A stretch of 64,000 nt of DNA from Podarcis erhardii (Eukaryota), in NCBI GenBank assembly GCA_964252035.1, contig OZ176213.1; one strand, given 5' to 3'. This document shows, in pieces, positions 1 to 10,375 of the stretch (positions within the stretch are counted from its first letter, which is position 1; each line of letters starts with the position of its first letter). The notes under the pieces were generated by a model that was given only the letters and a program-made list of their open reading frames with translations, ran no database searches and had not been told where the DNA came from. The position numbers and the translations under genes were made by a program.

Positions 1-445
1 TTGGGAAGGACAGCTGTGGACCCGGCTATATACCAGATGATGCAATTAGGCACGCAACCCTTGCACCAGTAGCTCTGCAAGCTTCTTCTGCTTCCCCCAG
101 AAACAGGGATGTGGATGAAAGGATCCAACTTACTCTGGGCACAGAGGGCATTCACACAACCACTTGATCAGGCATTGGTCCAACGTAGATAGTGTCTCAG
201 ACTCACAAGACTATACAAGGCGATTGTCCCAAGCCAGATCTACAGCCTCGTGCATTAAGCACAAGGACAAGCGTGGGTGGCTGGAGAACATAATAACTTA
301 ATCAGCAGAATCAAAAGTTCAACCCCATTCTCATCACAGTTGCCTGTCTTCTCTACCTTTCCCCTCAAATCTCTCCCAACTTCACTTACTTTTTCTGCGT
401 ATTACTGCTCCCTGTTCCATCACACACTTCCTTCAACCACAGGAA

Positions 446-607
446 GGAACCGGGAGGTTGCTTCCTACTGAGACAATTGGTCTAAGCTCACTACTGTCTA
501 CACTGACTGGCAGTGGCTTTCCAGGTTTTCCCAGCCCTACCTGGAGATGCTGGGGAAGGAACCTAGGGCCACCTGAATGCAAAGCAGATGCTATATGGAC
601 CTTCCCC
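446..607 (-). mobile_element. Decayed tRNA-headed SINE with L2-type tail
   Basis: Reverse-complement similarity to the copy at 41460-41628 (ctgtctacactgactggcagtggctttccagg...ccctacctggagatgctgggga). Confidence 0.65.
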
Positions 608-1131
608 TGGAACCTTAGAGAGTTTCTCACACACAGGCTAAAACCATAAAGTTATTCTGCAAGTTTGTGGCAGAGATTACCTCTGAAACTATCTTGTCCC
701 CAGGCTGCTTACCCTTTAGTTTCCCTACCTCCTGAGTTTCCTTCCAAAGCTTCCAGTCCTTAATACTGTCCCTTTCAATCCATGGGAAGTTTCAGCCCCA
801 GTCAAACTGCCAATGTTCCCTGCTTCAGCGAAACTGGACAGCAGCTAATCTGTTTCAGAAGCTTCACTGTCACAAGTACAATGCTACATAGATATCCCCT
901 TGAGAGGAAGCCAGAGATGCTATCTGGAAGAGGGGAAGGGATGTAGGGAGGAAAGTTACTTTGATGAGCAGCCAACTTAACCCTTGCTTCCCAGGCCAAG
1001 AGCCAAAGGGATTCTTATTGCAAAGATGTCTATAACATATGTCTGATGTCTCTGAAGGCTTACTAACTTTGCAATAATGGTTGCAAAACTTGGCTTCTCT
1101 GCTGGGTATTTAAAATGACAAAGACGAGGGG

Positions 1132-1134
<3 letters not shown>

Positions 1135-1178
<44 letters not shown>
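1135..1178. repeat. (AG)22 microsatellite
   Basis: Directly visible perfect dinucleotide run. Confidence 0.97.
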
Positions 1179-1184
<6 letters not shown>

Positions 1185-2752
1185 AATAAAATATAGAACA
1201 AGCAGCAGTGGAAGGGTTTGTTTCCTATAAAATAACTTGAGGTAGTCAAGTAGCTCCCAGAGGAGAGTGCAAGTCTGGGAGTAAAGGAAGGCCTGGGCAC
1301 TAAAGGAAGGTCAGTAAATGGTTTGGGTCATGTCTGGAAATCCATAGTGGAGGAAGAAGAAGTAGACCGTGCTATTAGTACAAGAGAGGATACCCTCCAA
1401 CACTTTGAAGACAAAATCTGGGGTGCCATCTTCCCCAGACGCCCTCTTCCCATTTTTTATCCCCAAACCTGGTGGTTGTGATTGCCTTGCCCCAGATCAG
1501 ATCCAGGAGCAGAGCTGGCGTCAGTGTCCCAGTCTGGAGGAGAAGGCAGCTGTTGCCCTCCAGGGCTGCATTTAGAACCCTCACAGGAGAGAACTTCGTG
1601 GAGTCGTCTTCTAAACTAGCTGGAGGGTAACAGGTGAGAGAAGGCTTGGCTGCAATTCCTGGCAGCGGTTCTCTGGGGATTCGAGACAGGAGGGTTTCCA
1701 AACTGTGCCTGAAGATGCCAGGGATTGAATTCTGGATCTTCTGCATGGAGAGCACATCCTCACAGGATGAGCCAGTCTAGCAGCCTACGCCAGCCTTCCC
1801 CAACCTGGTGCCCTTCAGCAGTTCCTCAGGTATCCTGGGTCTGAGCTGTTAAGGGTCCTCCTACCTGTCCATAATTTGAGGACTGAGTCAACCTCTGTGG
1901 GCATAGCATGGTTTCTGAAGAGTTGTTCCCAGAAGCAAACTGGCAGCCAGAGAATTGGGTGGGTCTTCCTGTCATTGGCTCTGGCGCCACCTACTGCTGG
2001 ACTCCCTGCCTTCTGCCCTACCAGTTCAATGGGCACCAGTCACCTCTGAAAGCAGGATGCAAACATTGTACATAGGCAAGCAAACTTTGAGCAGCTTGCA
2101 GACTCCCTCCAAGTCCCTAGCCTCAGAGTGTTTCTTGGTCAAAGAAGTGTTTCCCAAAAGGCTCTGCTTTGACCTCTTTCCAGTTGAAACAATCATTCTG
2201 GCAAGGTGACTGGCGGCAAAAGGAGGATGGCGGGGCTGCAGGGCTTTTATTAGCTGGGCAAAGGAGAGAATTTTCTGCAGGTACAGCTTCTCTCTCATGT
2301 GACAAACCACACACTTCCTGACATTCCTTCTCGCCTACCATTAAAAACGACAACACCCAATCCGCTTGTCCTCTGAGACAGGCTTTTGTATGTAAAATAA
2401 ATAACTGTAAAAAGGAATCCATCAACGGTACTTCATCTCCCCTCACCCTTTCCTGGTCCTGTACTGTACTTTCAACAGCTAGCTAACATGCGGAGATGAA
2501 TATCACAGCATGGCCATAGGGGTTTCCAACTTTTTTGGGCCGCTTCTGTGGCTGTCCCTTTAAACAGCAACCAGTCCAATGCACAGAAACGCAGAAGGGC
2601 ACCTGATCTCCAAGCCATGTAAAACGTCTCCTGCTGAACTTCTGCAGGTCAACCTGGTAGGAGAGCCCGGGATGGCAGCGCCTCTGACCCAAGCGCACCT
2701 GAACCCACCAGGTTGCAAAACCAACCAACCAACCAACCGGCATCCGCCTCTG

Positions 2753-2768
2753 TAGCGCCACCTGGCGG
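2753..2768 (-). promoter_or_regulatory. CTCF-like binding motif
   Basis: Minus strand reads CCGCCAGGTGGCGCTA, a close match to the CTCF core consensus CCASYAGRKGGCRS(TA). Confidence 0.6.
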
Positions 2769-3167
2769 CGGCGTTTCCCCTTCGCCCGCAACCCACGTGT
2801 ACCGCTTCTCCTTTTACAACCTCGCTATTTACCCGAGTGTGTTAATTCCGACGACCAATCAGTGGGCAGGAGGTGTAGCTCCGGGAGGTTAAGCTCCAAT
2901 CAGCACCTGCGAGTGGAGAAGGGAGGAGATGCTCTCTCCCTCTCTCTCCCCCGCTTCTCCCTCCCCCCTTTCCTCCCTTTCTGTAAACCACGTTGAGTTT
3001 GTAGCGCTAATTAATTTTTCCAAAGTCTGGGAGGGCTTCGCTGCAAGTCGGGATTCCGCTGCTGCTGCCGCTGCTGCCGCCATCAACGGCCCTTCTTCGC
3101 CTTCCTCCTCCTCCTCTTCTCCGTGCACCGCAGAGCCCAGTTGCGGAGGCCCCTCGGCTGCAATAAA

Positions 3168-3252
3168 ATGTTTGACGGCTCCTTCCTGTCTCTTATATCT
3201 CCCCTTCTGTTGCGGCTGCTACTGGTGCTCTGCGGACCGGGCACCCATACAG
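3168..3252 (+). CDS. ADAMTS17: ADAMTS17 coding exon 1 (signal peptide)
   Basis: ATG at 3168 gives MFDGSFLSLISPLLLRLLLVLCGPGTHT + G, a hydrophobic leader resembling human [26 protein letters not shown] (recalled). Donor CAG|GTAGGG at 3253; phase 1 matches exon 2. Confidence 0.88.
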
Positions 3253-3652
3253 GTAGGGTGGTTCTGCGGATTTTCTCCCCACTTCAATCTTCTGCCTTCT
3301 GTCGTCTCCCTGGATTTGACATTTTGGAAGCGGGCGCGGGGAAGGGAAGTTTTTTTTGGGGGGGGGTGGCGGACTGGACTGCAAATTGCATGCATTTTAA
3401 AAACACACACCAACCCTTCGAGATACAATCATTTTGGGGAAGCCCCATATTTGTTGCATCTCTCCCCCGCCCCCTTAACAAGATGCAAAAGTTTTCAAAG
3501 CCAAATGGCATGTTCGTTTCCTTCTCTCTTTTCCACCCTCCCTTCCGTTATATGGCTCTGATCCAGTTTTCCTTATCCAAAAGGATGTATCTGTTTCCAG
3601 ACTTGTATATTCTTTATTCCTGGCTGGTCTTCTTGCAAACCTCACCCCCCCC

Positions 3653-3687
<35 letters not shown>

Positions 3688-4284
3688 CTCTCTCTCCTTT
3701 TTTAATAGGTTTGGTGAAATGTGAGTACCCCCTCCACACTCTCCCTCCTTCCCTCTCCTTGTGTGTGTGTGTAATATCTAAAATACTTTTCTTGAACGAT
3801 GCAAGAAAACTCTAGCGTTGTTCGGTTCTTTATCTCCCTCCCCCACTTTTCCCTTTATGCTGCATAACTAAAAGAAAAGTTGTAGCTACTGGCGGCAAAT
3901 AAAATTAAAAAGAACCATCACCTCTCTCTCTCTCTTCTCTGCCTGCAGCTGGCTCAGAACTTCCAGGGCATTTGATCTGGGAATATATCTCATTTATTTT
4001 ATTAAACTGCTAAATGGGCAGTGCATGTGATTTAGGGAGAGGATATGTGACAAGTTAAACGGAAGGTGATGTGTCAATGGCTACTGACCCTGATGGCCAG
4101 AGGCATTATGCTCTGAATCCCGGTTGCTGGAAACCGCAGGAGGGTAAAGAGCTGTTGTACTCGGGTCCTGCTGCTTGTGCGCCTCCTATAAGCATCTGGC
4201 TTGCCACTGGGATAATGGGATGCTTGGCAAGACGAGCCACTGCCCTCATCCAGCAGCAGACTCGTCTTCCATCCTTAGGATAGG

Positions 4285-4436
4285 TAGAACTATAGAATCG
4301 TAGAGTTGGAAGGGACCCTGAGGATCATCTTCTAATCCAATCCCCTGCAGTGAAGGAATATGCAGTTGTCCCATACAGGGATCGAACCTGCAACCTTGAC
4401 GTTATCAGCACCATGTTGTAACCAAGTGAGCTATCC
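4285..4436 (-). mobile_element. tRNA-headed SINE with CR1-type 3' tail
   Basis: Minus strand has an A box (GGATAGCTCACTTGG), a B box (GGTTCGATCCC) and a CR1-like tail ...CCCTTCCAACTCTACGATTCTAT. Confidence 0.8.
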
Positions 4437-4896
4437 AAGCTTCCCTAGTAAGCGGAGCTTCAAAGGCAGTCTAAATTCTGAGTGTCAAGATGCTGGGGGC
4501 AAATAAAGAAGGGAAGGCTGGCAGATCCATGGAGGATAAGTCTACCTGTGACTGCTAGTCGTGTGATGAGTGCTCTAGTATGTATGTCTCTTGATGCTGG
4601 TGCTGAGAATCACAATGCTGGTGTGGGGAGAGTTGTTGCATTCTGGTCGGTGAGAACAGGATGCTGGGCTAGGTGGGACTTTGGCCTGATCCAGCCTGGG
4701 CTCTGTTTATGTTCTGAGAGGCTACCGAAAGTCCCATGGGAAAGACCTAGTACAATTGTTCCATTGGTCCATCTAGCTCACAGGATTGCATCAATACTGG
4801 TTGCTGGGATTTGCAAGCAGGGAGAGTGCCGCCGCTCTCAGGTCTCGTTTTTGAGCATTTGGTTGACCACTGTGAGAACAAGAAGTTGGGCTAGGT

Positions 4897-5032
4897 AAGA
4901 GTTTGCCAAACTTGTGGTCTAACTGCAGCTGGAGGCCCAACTCCCATCATCCTTAGCTAGCGGGACCAGTGGTCAGGGATGATGGGAATCGTAGTTCAAA
5001 AATGGCTGGAGACCCAAGTTTGGGAAACCCTT
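4897..5032. mobile_element. Palindromic hAT (Buster/Charlie-like) MITE, 136 bp, inserted in an L2-type tail
   Basis: Same family as 15096-15231 (aactcccatcatcc...gatgatggga...agacccaagtttgggaaaccc). Flanks GGCTAGGT / GGCTAGAT (7/8 TSD). Confidence 0.7.
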
Positions 5033-5158
5033 GGCTAGATAGACCTTTGGCACGGCCCAGCAGGGCTCTTGTGTTTCAGCATCATGAGTATGTAACAGAA
5101 TGCTGACGAGACAATCCTTAGCCTGACCCAGAAGTGCAGCAGAATGTGTATGAACCAA

Positions 5159-5306
5159 GGGAATTTAGGTATCTCAGTTGCACAGAGCATGGTGCTGATA
5201 ACACCAAGATTGCAGGTTCGATCCTGCTATGGGACAGCTGCGTATGCCTGCATTGCAGGGGCTTGGACTAGATGATCCTCGTGGTCCCTTCCAACTCTAT
5301 GATTCT
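5159..5306 (+). mobile_element. tRNA-headed SINE with CR1-type tail
   Basis: B box GGTTCGATCC and tail ttggactagatgatcc...cccttccaactctatgattct. Confidence 0.8.
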
Positions 5307-5361
5307 TTAAATGCTAACAGGAGACCTAAGATTCCCCACCCTAGCCTATGCTAGAGATGAG

Positions 5362-5667
5362 TCCATAGGTCAGTGCTAGAGCAGTTGCTGTGCATACATA
5401 AGGTCCCAGGTTCCATACTTGGCATCTCCATGTAGGGCTGGGAACATGTGGAGCAATGGGTCAGTGTGTCTGGCTGTTAACCAGAAGGTTGGTGGTTCGA
5501 GCCCACAGGATTCCTGTGTTGCAGGTGCTTGGACTACATGACCCTAGATGTCCCTTCCAACTCTACAATTTTATCATTCTATGATTCTATCCCTTTCTTG
5601 GAACCCTCCGGAGCTACCTCTGGTCAGTCTAGACAATATCAAGCCATGTCACCTTTCTATGTTCCTT
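5362..5667 (+). mobile_element. L2-tailed tRNA SINE interrupted by a CR1-tailed SINE (about 5445-5590)
   Basis: Head aaggtcccaggttcca...catctccatgtagggctggg, then a second head (ggttcgagccc) with an (ATTCTATG)-type tail, then the L2-type tail resumes (ggaaccctccggag...gtctagacaata...ctatgttcct). Confidence 0.6.
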
Positions 5668-5668
5668 A

Positions 5669-5872
5669 GAGAGCCTGTGTGGTGCAGCGGTCAGTTGAAT
5701 TAGGGCCTGGAAGACCACAGTTCAAACCCTATTCAGCCCTGGGTGACCCTGGGCCAGTCATGGTCTCTCAGTCTACCTTCCAGGGTTGTTCTGTGGATTA
5801 CATGGGGAGAACAATGTATGCCACCTGGAGCTCCTTGGAGAAAAAGATGGGATATAAATGTAATAAATAAAT
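5669..5872 (+). mobile_element. MIR/Ther1-derived SINE (Squam3-like)
   Basis: Head gagagcctgtgtggtgcagcggt, core gggtgaccctgggccagtca...cagggttgttctgtggat, tail gggatataaatgtaataaataaa. Confidence 0.7.
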
Positions 5873-6211
5873 TAAATGCACTGCACACAGAAGGTCCCAG
5901 GTTCAATCCTTCTGATCTTCCATTTAAAGAAAAGAGGTTCAGAGAGTTGATGACAAGGGAGAAATATTTGCCCAAGACCCTGGAGAGGCCCAGCCAGTCA
6001 GAGCAGCAGAGAACTGAAATGGATGGGCAGATAGTATGGCAGTTTCTTTTGTTCATTCCTATGTGCCTTTGAGCATATGCGGAGTGCTTTCTGTTGCTAT
6101 TAAGAGTTGCCAGAGTAACCACAGTTGACCTCCTCCTCCTCCTCCCCCACACTGACAAAGCATCATCAAAAGATTGACAAATATAAAAAAGGATCAGTTT
6201 TTAAAAGTAGT

Positions 6212-6763
6212 AAAGGTAAAGGTAAAGGACCCCTGACCGTTAAGTCCAGTCACGAACGACTGGGGTTATGGCGCTCATCTCGCTTTACTGGCCGAGGGAG
6301 CTGACGTTTGTCCGCAGACTGTTTCTCTGGGTCATGTGGCCAGCATGACTAAACTGCTTCTGGTGAAACCAGAGCAGCACATGGAAGCGCCATTTACCCT
6401 CTCGCCAGAGCGGTACCTATTTATCTACAGTGGTACCTCGGGTTAAGAACTTAATTCATTCTGGAGGTCTGTTATTAACCTGAAACTGTTCTTAACCTGA
6501 AGCACCAGTTTAGCTAATGGGGCCTACTGAAGCAAAGTTCTTAACCCGAGGTAATATTTCTGGGTTAGCGGAGTCTGTAACCTGAAGCGTCTGTAACCCG
6601 AGGTACCACTGTACTTGCACTTTGAGGTGCTTTCGAACTGCTAGGTTGGCAGGAGCTGGGACTGAGCAACGGGAGCTCATCCCATCACAGGGATTCAAAC
6701 CGCCGACCTTCTGATCGGCAAGTCCTAGGCTCTGTGGTTTAGACCACAGCGCCACCCGCGTCC
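6212..6763 (-). mobile_element. Sauria SINE containing a nested Tc1/mariner MITE
   Basis: (GGTAAA)n tail on + strand at about 6212-6227, full body and head (...agcgccacccgcgtcc). Degenerate TSD tttaaaag(t/c)agtaa on both sides. Confidence 0.92.
6428..6611. mobile_element. Tc1/mariner-type MITE, 184 bp, internally deleted copy
   Basis: TIRs CAGTGGTACCTCGGGTTA / TAACCCGAGGTACCACTG; TA duplicated at 6426-6427 and 6612-6613. Confidence 0.92.
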
Positions 6764-7165
6764 TTTAAAAAGCAGTAATACTGGGCAAATAATAATAATA
6801 ATAAATGTCCAGCATTTTCAACTTCTGACCAGAGAGTTCTGCCTTCTCAGTCACAACGTACCAAAGGGGGTTGCATGTTGTTGGAGAGGGGATTCACTCT
6901 GCATATGTGCAGAGGTGCCCTCTTCTTACAGATTCCAGTGTAAGACTGGCAGGTTCTAGCATTGCGAATAAGGTTCTGAAAATAGGTTTGGCTCTGGTGA
7001 GGTTGTGGTTTTAATTTAGACAGGGGTGGGAAACATCTGGCCTGCAGCCTGGCCTCACCATTTGACCCATGCAGATGCTCAAGCCACCAACCTGACTTCG
7101 CAGATTTCATGGGGTGGTAGCCCCAAACAGGTATCTCCTTGTGTTCTTATGACTAACAGTGAATA

Positions 7166-7391
7166 CAGTGGTACCTTGGGTTACATACGCTTCAGGTTAC
7201 AGACTCCACTAACCCAGAAATAGTACCTCGGGTTAAGAACTTTGCTTCAGGATGAGAACAGAAATCACAGGGCAGTGGTGCAGCAGCAGCGGGAGGCCCC
7301 ATTAGCTAAAGTGGTGCTTCAGGTTAAGAACAGTTTCAGGTTAAGAACGGACCTCCAGAACAAATTAAGTTCTTAACCCAAGGTACCACTG
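7166..7391. mobile_element. Tc1/mariner-type MITE, 226 bp, opposite orientation to the 6428 copy
   Basis: TIRs CAGTGGTACCTTGGGTTA / TAACCCAAGGTACCACTG; TA TSD at 7164-7165 and 7392-7393. Confidence 0.92.
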
Positions 7392-7499
7392 TATAACCTT
7401 TTACCTGGGAGTTGGGTTCTCTGGCCTGTATTGCTGATGGCTGCTAATGCTCTCTCACCCCCCCCCCTTTCTTCTCTCCTTCTGTGTCTCTTTTTGCAG

Positions 7500-7867
7500 T
7501 CAATGTGGACCTGGGTGTGGTGCTCATCCCGGAGCAGGTGCCCCTTGACAAGATCCCTTCCCTGCAGGTCAGAGGGATCCACTCTGAGGAGCATAGGAGG
7601 CGACGCTCTGTGCCTCTGGAGCCTGAAGAAGAGGCCGAGGTGCTGATCGTCCGGCTTCCTGCCGGGCTGGGCTCCGATCCAGGCTCTGACATCTACTTGA
7701 ACCTTCGCCGAAATGCGCAGTTTTTGGCACCGGGTTTCTCCGTGGAGGAAATCGGTGTGGGCCGAAGCAGCCGCCGTGTGGACTTAGACCGCCTCTGCTT
7801 CTACACAGGGCACGTGCTCAACCGCAGCGCAGACTCCTTCGCTTCCCTCAGTGCCTGCGGCGGGCTG
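7500..7867 (+). CDS. ADAMTS17: ADAMTS17 coding exon 2 (prodomain)
   Basis: Polypyrimidine tract + TTTTTGCAG acceptor (AG 7498-7499); branch-like CTAAT at 7444-7448. Encodes VNVDLGVV...HRRRRS...IYLNLRRNAQFLAPGFSVEE...LCFYTGHV...SLSACGGL (ADAMTS propeptide motifs). Donor CTG|GTACTT; 368 nt. Confidence 0.95.
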
Positions 7868-8680
7868 GTACTTGTCTCTGGGCGAATTTGCCCTCGATGG
7901 GCTCAGTCTGGTGTTGCGGGAGGCCGTTGTTTGGGGAAGAAGAACCTGTGGAAGAGTGTGTTGGGTGGGGCATAGAGTTAAGGGAGTCGAGAGACAGAAT
8001 GTGAGAAGGTGGGAGGGTCCCCTGTACCTAGAAAGTGGGGAGCCCGGTCAGGCTAGGGAACAGCGTTGCAAAGCTGTGTTCATTCCCTTACAATTTTCAG
8101 TTAGTTACAGGTTACTCTGTCAGTTTCGTACTGACAAGTGGAAGAAAATTGTAGCAGTCTGGCCTGCTTCTGATATCAGAATTACAGCCAGCCAGCCATT
8201 CCCTTTTCTTAGGTACTCCATTCCATTTAGCCATCATGTTTTCCATTTCCCCACTCCAACCTTCAGGCAGCATTTTGTGGCTGCTGAGTAGGCTCAGTCT
8301 GCTTTGGGGTGCATGCCCTGGAACAGGAGGTGCTCTTAATGTTTTACCCCTGGGGCCTACTTAAGAGGGCTGACAATTGCTGAGGCCTACCAGTCTCAAA
8401 ATGATGGCAGCTGGAGATAGTGTCTGGCTTAATTAGGTGGCTGTTACTGACATGGTTTTCTGTTGATCCCTAATCAGCCTTTGGTCATTGCTAAATTCTT
8501 TGCCACAGTGTTTTTCATGTGGCAATGAGTTCTGTAGTCTATCTTGCCTGTATTTCAAAACAAATGTTGCTCATCCTGGGGATATTGTAAGATGTTTGCT
8601 GATCTAGAAGCTCAAAGTAAAGCACACTTACATTCACTTCCTTTTCCTACAGTTACTCTGTCTTAACCTGTTCCTTTCTA

Positions 8681-8850
8681 NNNNNNNNNNNNNNNNNNNN
8701 NNNNNNNNNNNNNNNNNNNNNNNNNNNNNNNNNNNNNNNNNNNNNNNNNNNNNNNNNNNNNNNNNNNNNNNNNNNNNNNNNNNNNNNNNNNNNNNNNNNN
8801 NNNNNNNNNNNNNNNNNNNNNNNNNNNNNNNNNNNNNNNNNNNNNNNNNC
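8681..8850. other. Assembly gap (170 N)
   Basis: Run of N. Confidence 0.99.
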
Positions 8851-9324
8851 CCTCCACACCTCCTCAGGTCTTTTCCCCTTTGAGAAGGGAGGCCTCCCCC
8901 CCCCCAATTTCTCTGACCCTCGGCCATCTTGACTCGCCATATGAGGAGTGCTGGCATTAATGCAACCATTAGCCCCACACGGCCAGGGGACTAGATGGGT
9001 CACGGCACCATGGCTCACTAGTTGCCTCTGGCCCAGCGTTTGGGAAACTCTATACTAAACTATTCCTCCGACGCTCCTTTGTGTTGCTGGCAAAGAGGGC
9101 AGACCAGCTTCTGCTTAAAGATCTGCCCTTACGGATTGAATTGCAGAGGGAATCCTGGCTTCATTTCTGAGGAACGGCAGGGTGCTCTGGGAGCACACCT
9201 TGTAAACCAGTAGGCGGCAGCATTCTAAAATTGCAGGCTTTAAAAAAAAGAATCTCCAGTCTGCAGGAGCTCTGGCCCCTTTTGCATCTTGTCACCCTGC
9301 TTAGCCCTGAGTGATAAAACCGAG

Positions 9325-9535
9325 CATTGATAGCTCAGTTGGTTAAAGCGTAGTGCTGACAATGCCAACGTTGCAGGTTCAATCCCCGTATGGGACAGCT
9401 GTATGGCAAGGTGGTTGGACTAGATGATCCTTCCAACTCTGATTCTGTTTTGGGACTGGATCCCTCTATGGGACAACTGCGGAGGAGGTTGGACTTCCAG
9501 GATCCCTCCCAACTCTGTGATTCTATGGGACTCAG
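9325..9535 (+). mobile_element. tRNA-headed CR1-tailed SINE followed by a truncated second copy
   Basis: gatagctcagttgg A box and ggttcaatcccc B box; the tail ggttggact...ccaactctg(t)gattct occurs twice. Confidence 0.7.
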
Positions 9536-9567
9536 TTTGGCCTCCCAGTCTACCAATTGGTCTAGTC

Positions 9568-9705
9568 CAGCGGTTCTCAACCTGTGGGTCCCCAGATGTT
9601 GTTGGACTACAACTCCCATCATCCCTGAGCTCTGGCCTTGCTAGCTAGGGGTGATGGGAGTTGTAGTTCAACAACATCTGGGGGCCCACAGGTTGAGAAA
9701 GGCTG
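9568..9705. mobile_element. Palindromic hAT MITE, 138 bp
   Basis: TIR CAGCGGTTCTCAACCTGTGGG / CCCACAGGTTGAGAAAGGCTG; near-palindromic interior; TSD GTCTAGTC / GTCTAGTT. Confidence 0.88.
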
Positions 9706-10375
9706 GTCTAGTTGTATTGTGGGTCTTGCCTGTTAACTTTCTGCGATGTTTCTGTGGCTCTGTAGGAATGCCGATGAGGCTGGAATTCTTCACAGCCTGT
9801 CTACCCCGCCCCTTCCCTCCCGCCTCCCCACCTCAGGGCAGGAGTGGGCGGAGCAGGGAGGGTGCTTAGTTTGGGCAGCTGTGCTGTAGACAGTCCTTAA
9901 AGAAGGAGGGGCAAGCCCTGTGCCTCAGGTGAGCACCTGCATCCAGATAATGGGATACCAGCGTCTTTTGTGATTGATGTTGGAAGCTGGAGCTGAGCAC
10001 CACCACCAAAGGTTTCTTGGAGCTTGAAAATGAGAATGCTGCTCCCCCCCCCTCGTGAAATGCTGAAAGGGTTCTCCACCCACCTGTCCCTCGCTGCAAA
10101 GCACACTTTGTTAATCTCATTCATAAATTACCAAGCTCTTAAGGCTCTGAAGCCATCTGAAAAGTGTACAAATGGAACAGGGGGGGGGGGAAGCCATGTA
10201 AAAATATAAACAAAACGGGAATTCTTTTGTAGTGGAAACTTTTATTGCTTGAGAAGTGTTGGTGGTAGAAAGGGGAATTAACAACACTCTGTTGGCAGTT
10301 GGGGAATATGTCCCGACCTCACTTACTTGGGAGTAAGCTCCTTGAATCCAGTGGGACTTACTTCTGAGTAGACAT

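Larger units (their letters stand above)
2620..3360 (+). promoter_or_regulatory. ADAMTS17: CpG-rich promoter / 5' UTR / exon 1 region of ADAMTS17 (boundaries approximate)
   Basis: Local CpG/GC enrichment ahead of the ATG at 3168. E-box CACGTG at 2794-2799; CCAATCAG boxes at 2855 and 2896; pyrimidine tract about 2933-2982; GCT/GCC and TCC triplet runs in the 5' UTR. Confidence 0.8.

Noticed and set aside
1-2600. 3' end of an upstream neighbouring gene (CERS3 is expected from human synteny)
   Set aside because: No recognisable coding similarity or exon structure seen; short ORFs here look random or repeat-derived.
3123-3815. 230-aa ORF as the true ADAMTS17 N-terminus
   Set aside because: It is exon 1 read through the donor at 3253 into intron 1. 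The upstream GTG start is unsupported, and homology starts at ATG 3168.
8634-9018. ORFs spanning N runs (also 24746-25021 and 29141-29785)
   Set aside because: Open only because of assembly gaps.
9325-9540. CRISPR-like or regularly spaced repeat array
   Set aside because: The repeated ggttggact...ccaactct units are duplicated SINE/CR1 tails in a eukaryotic intron, not repeat-spacer arrays.
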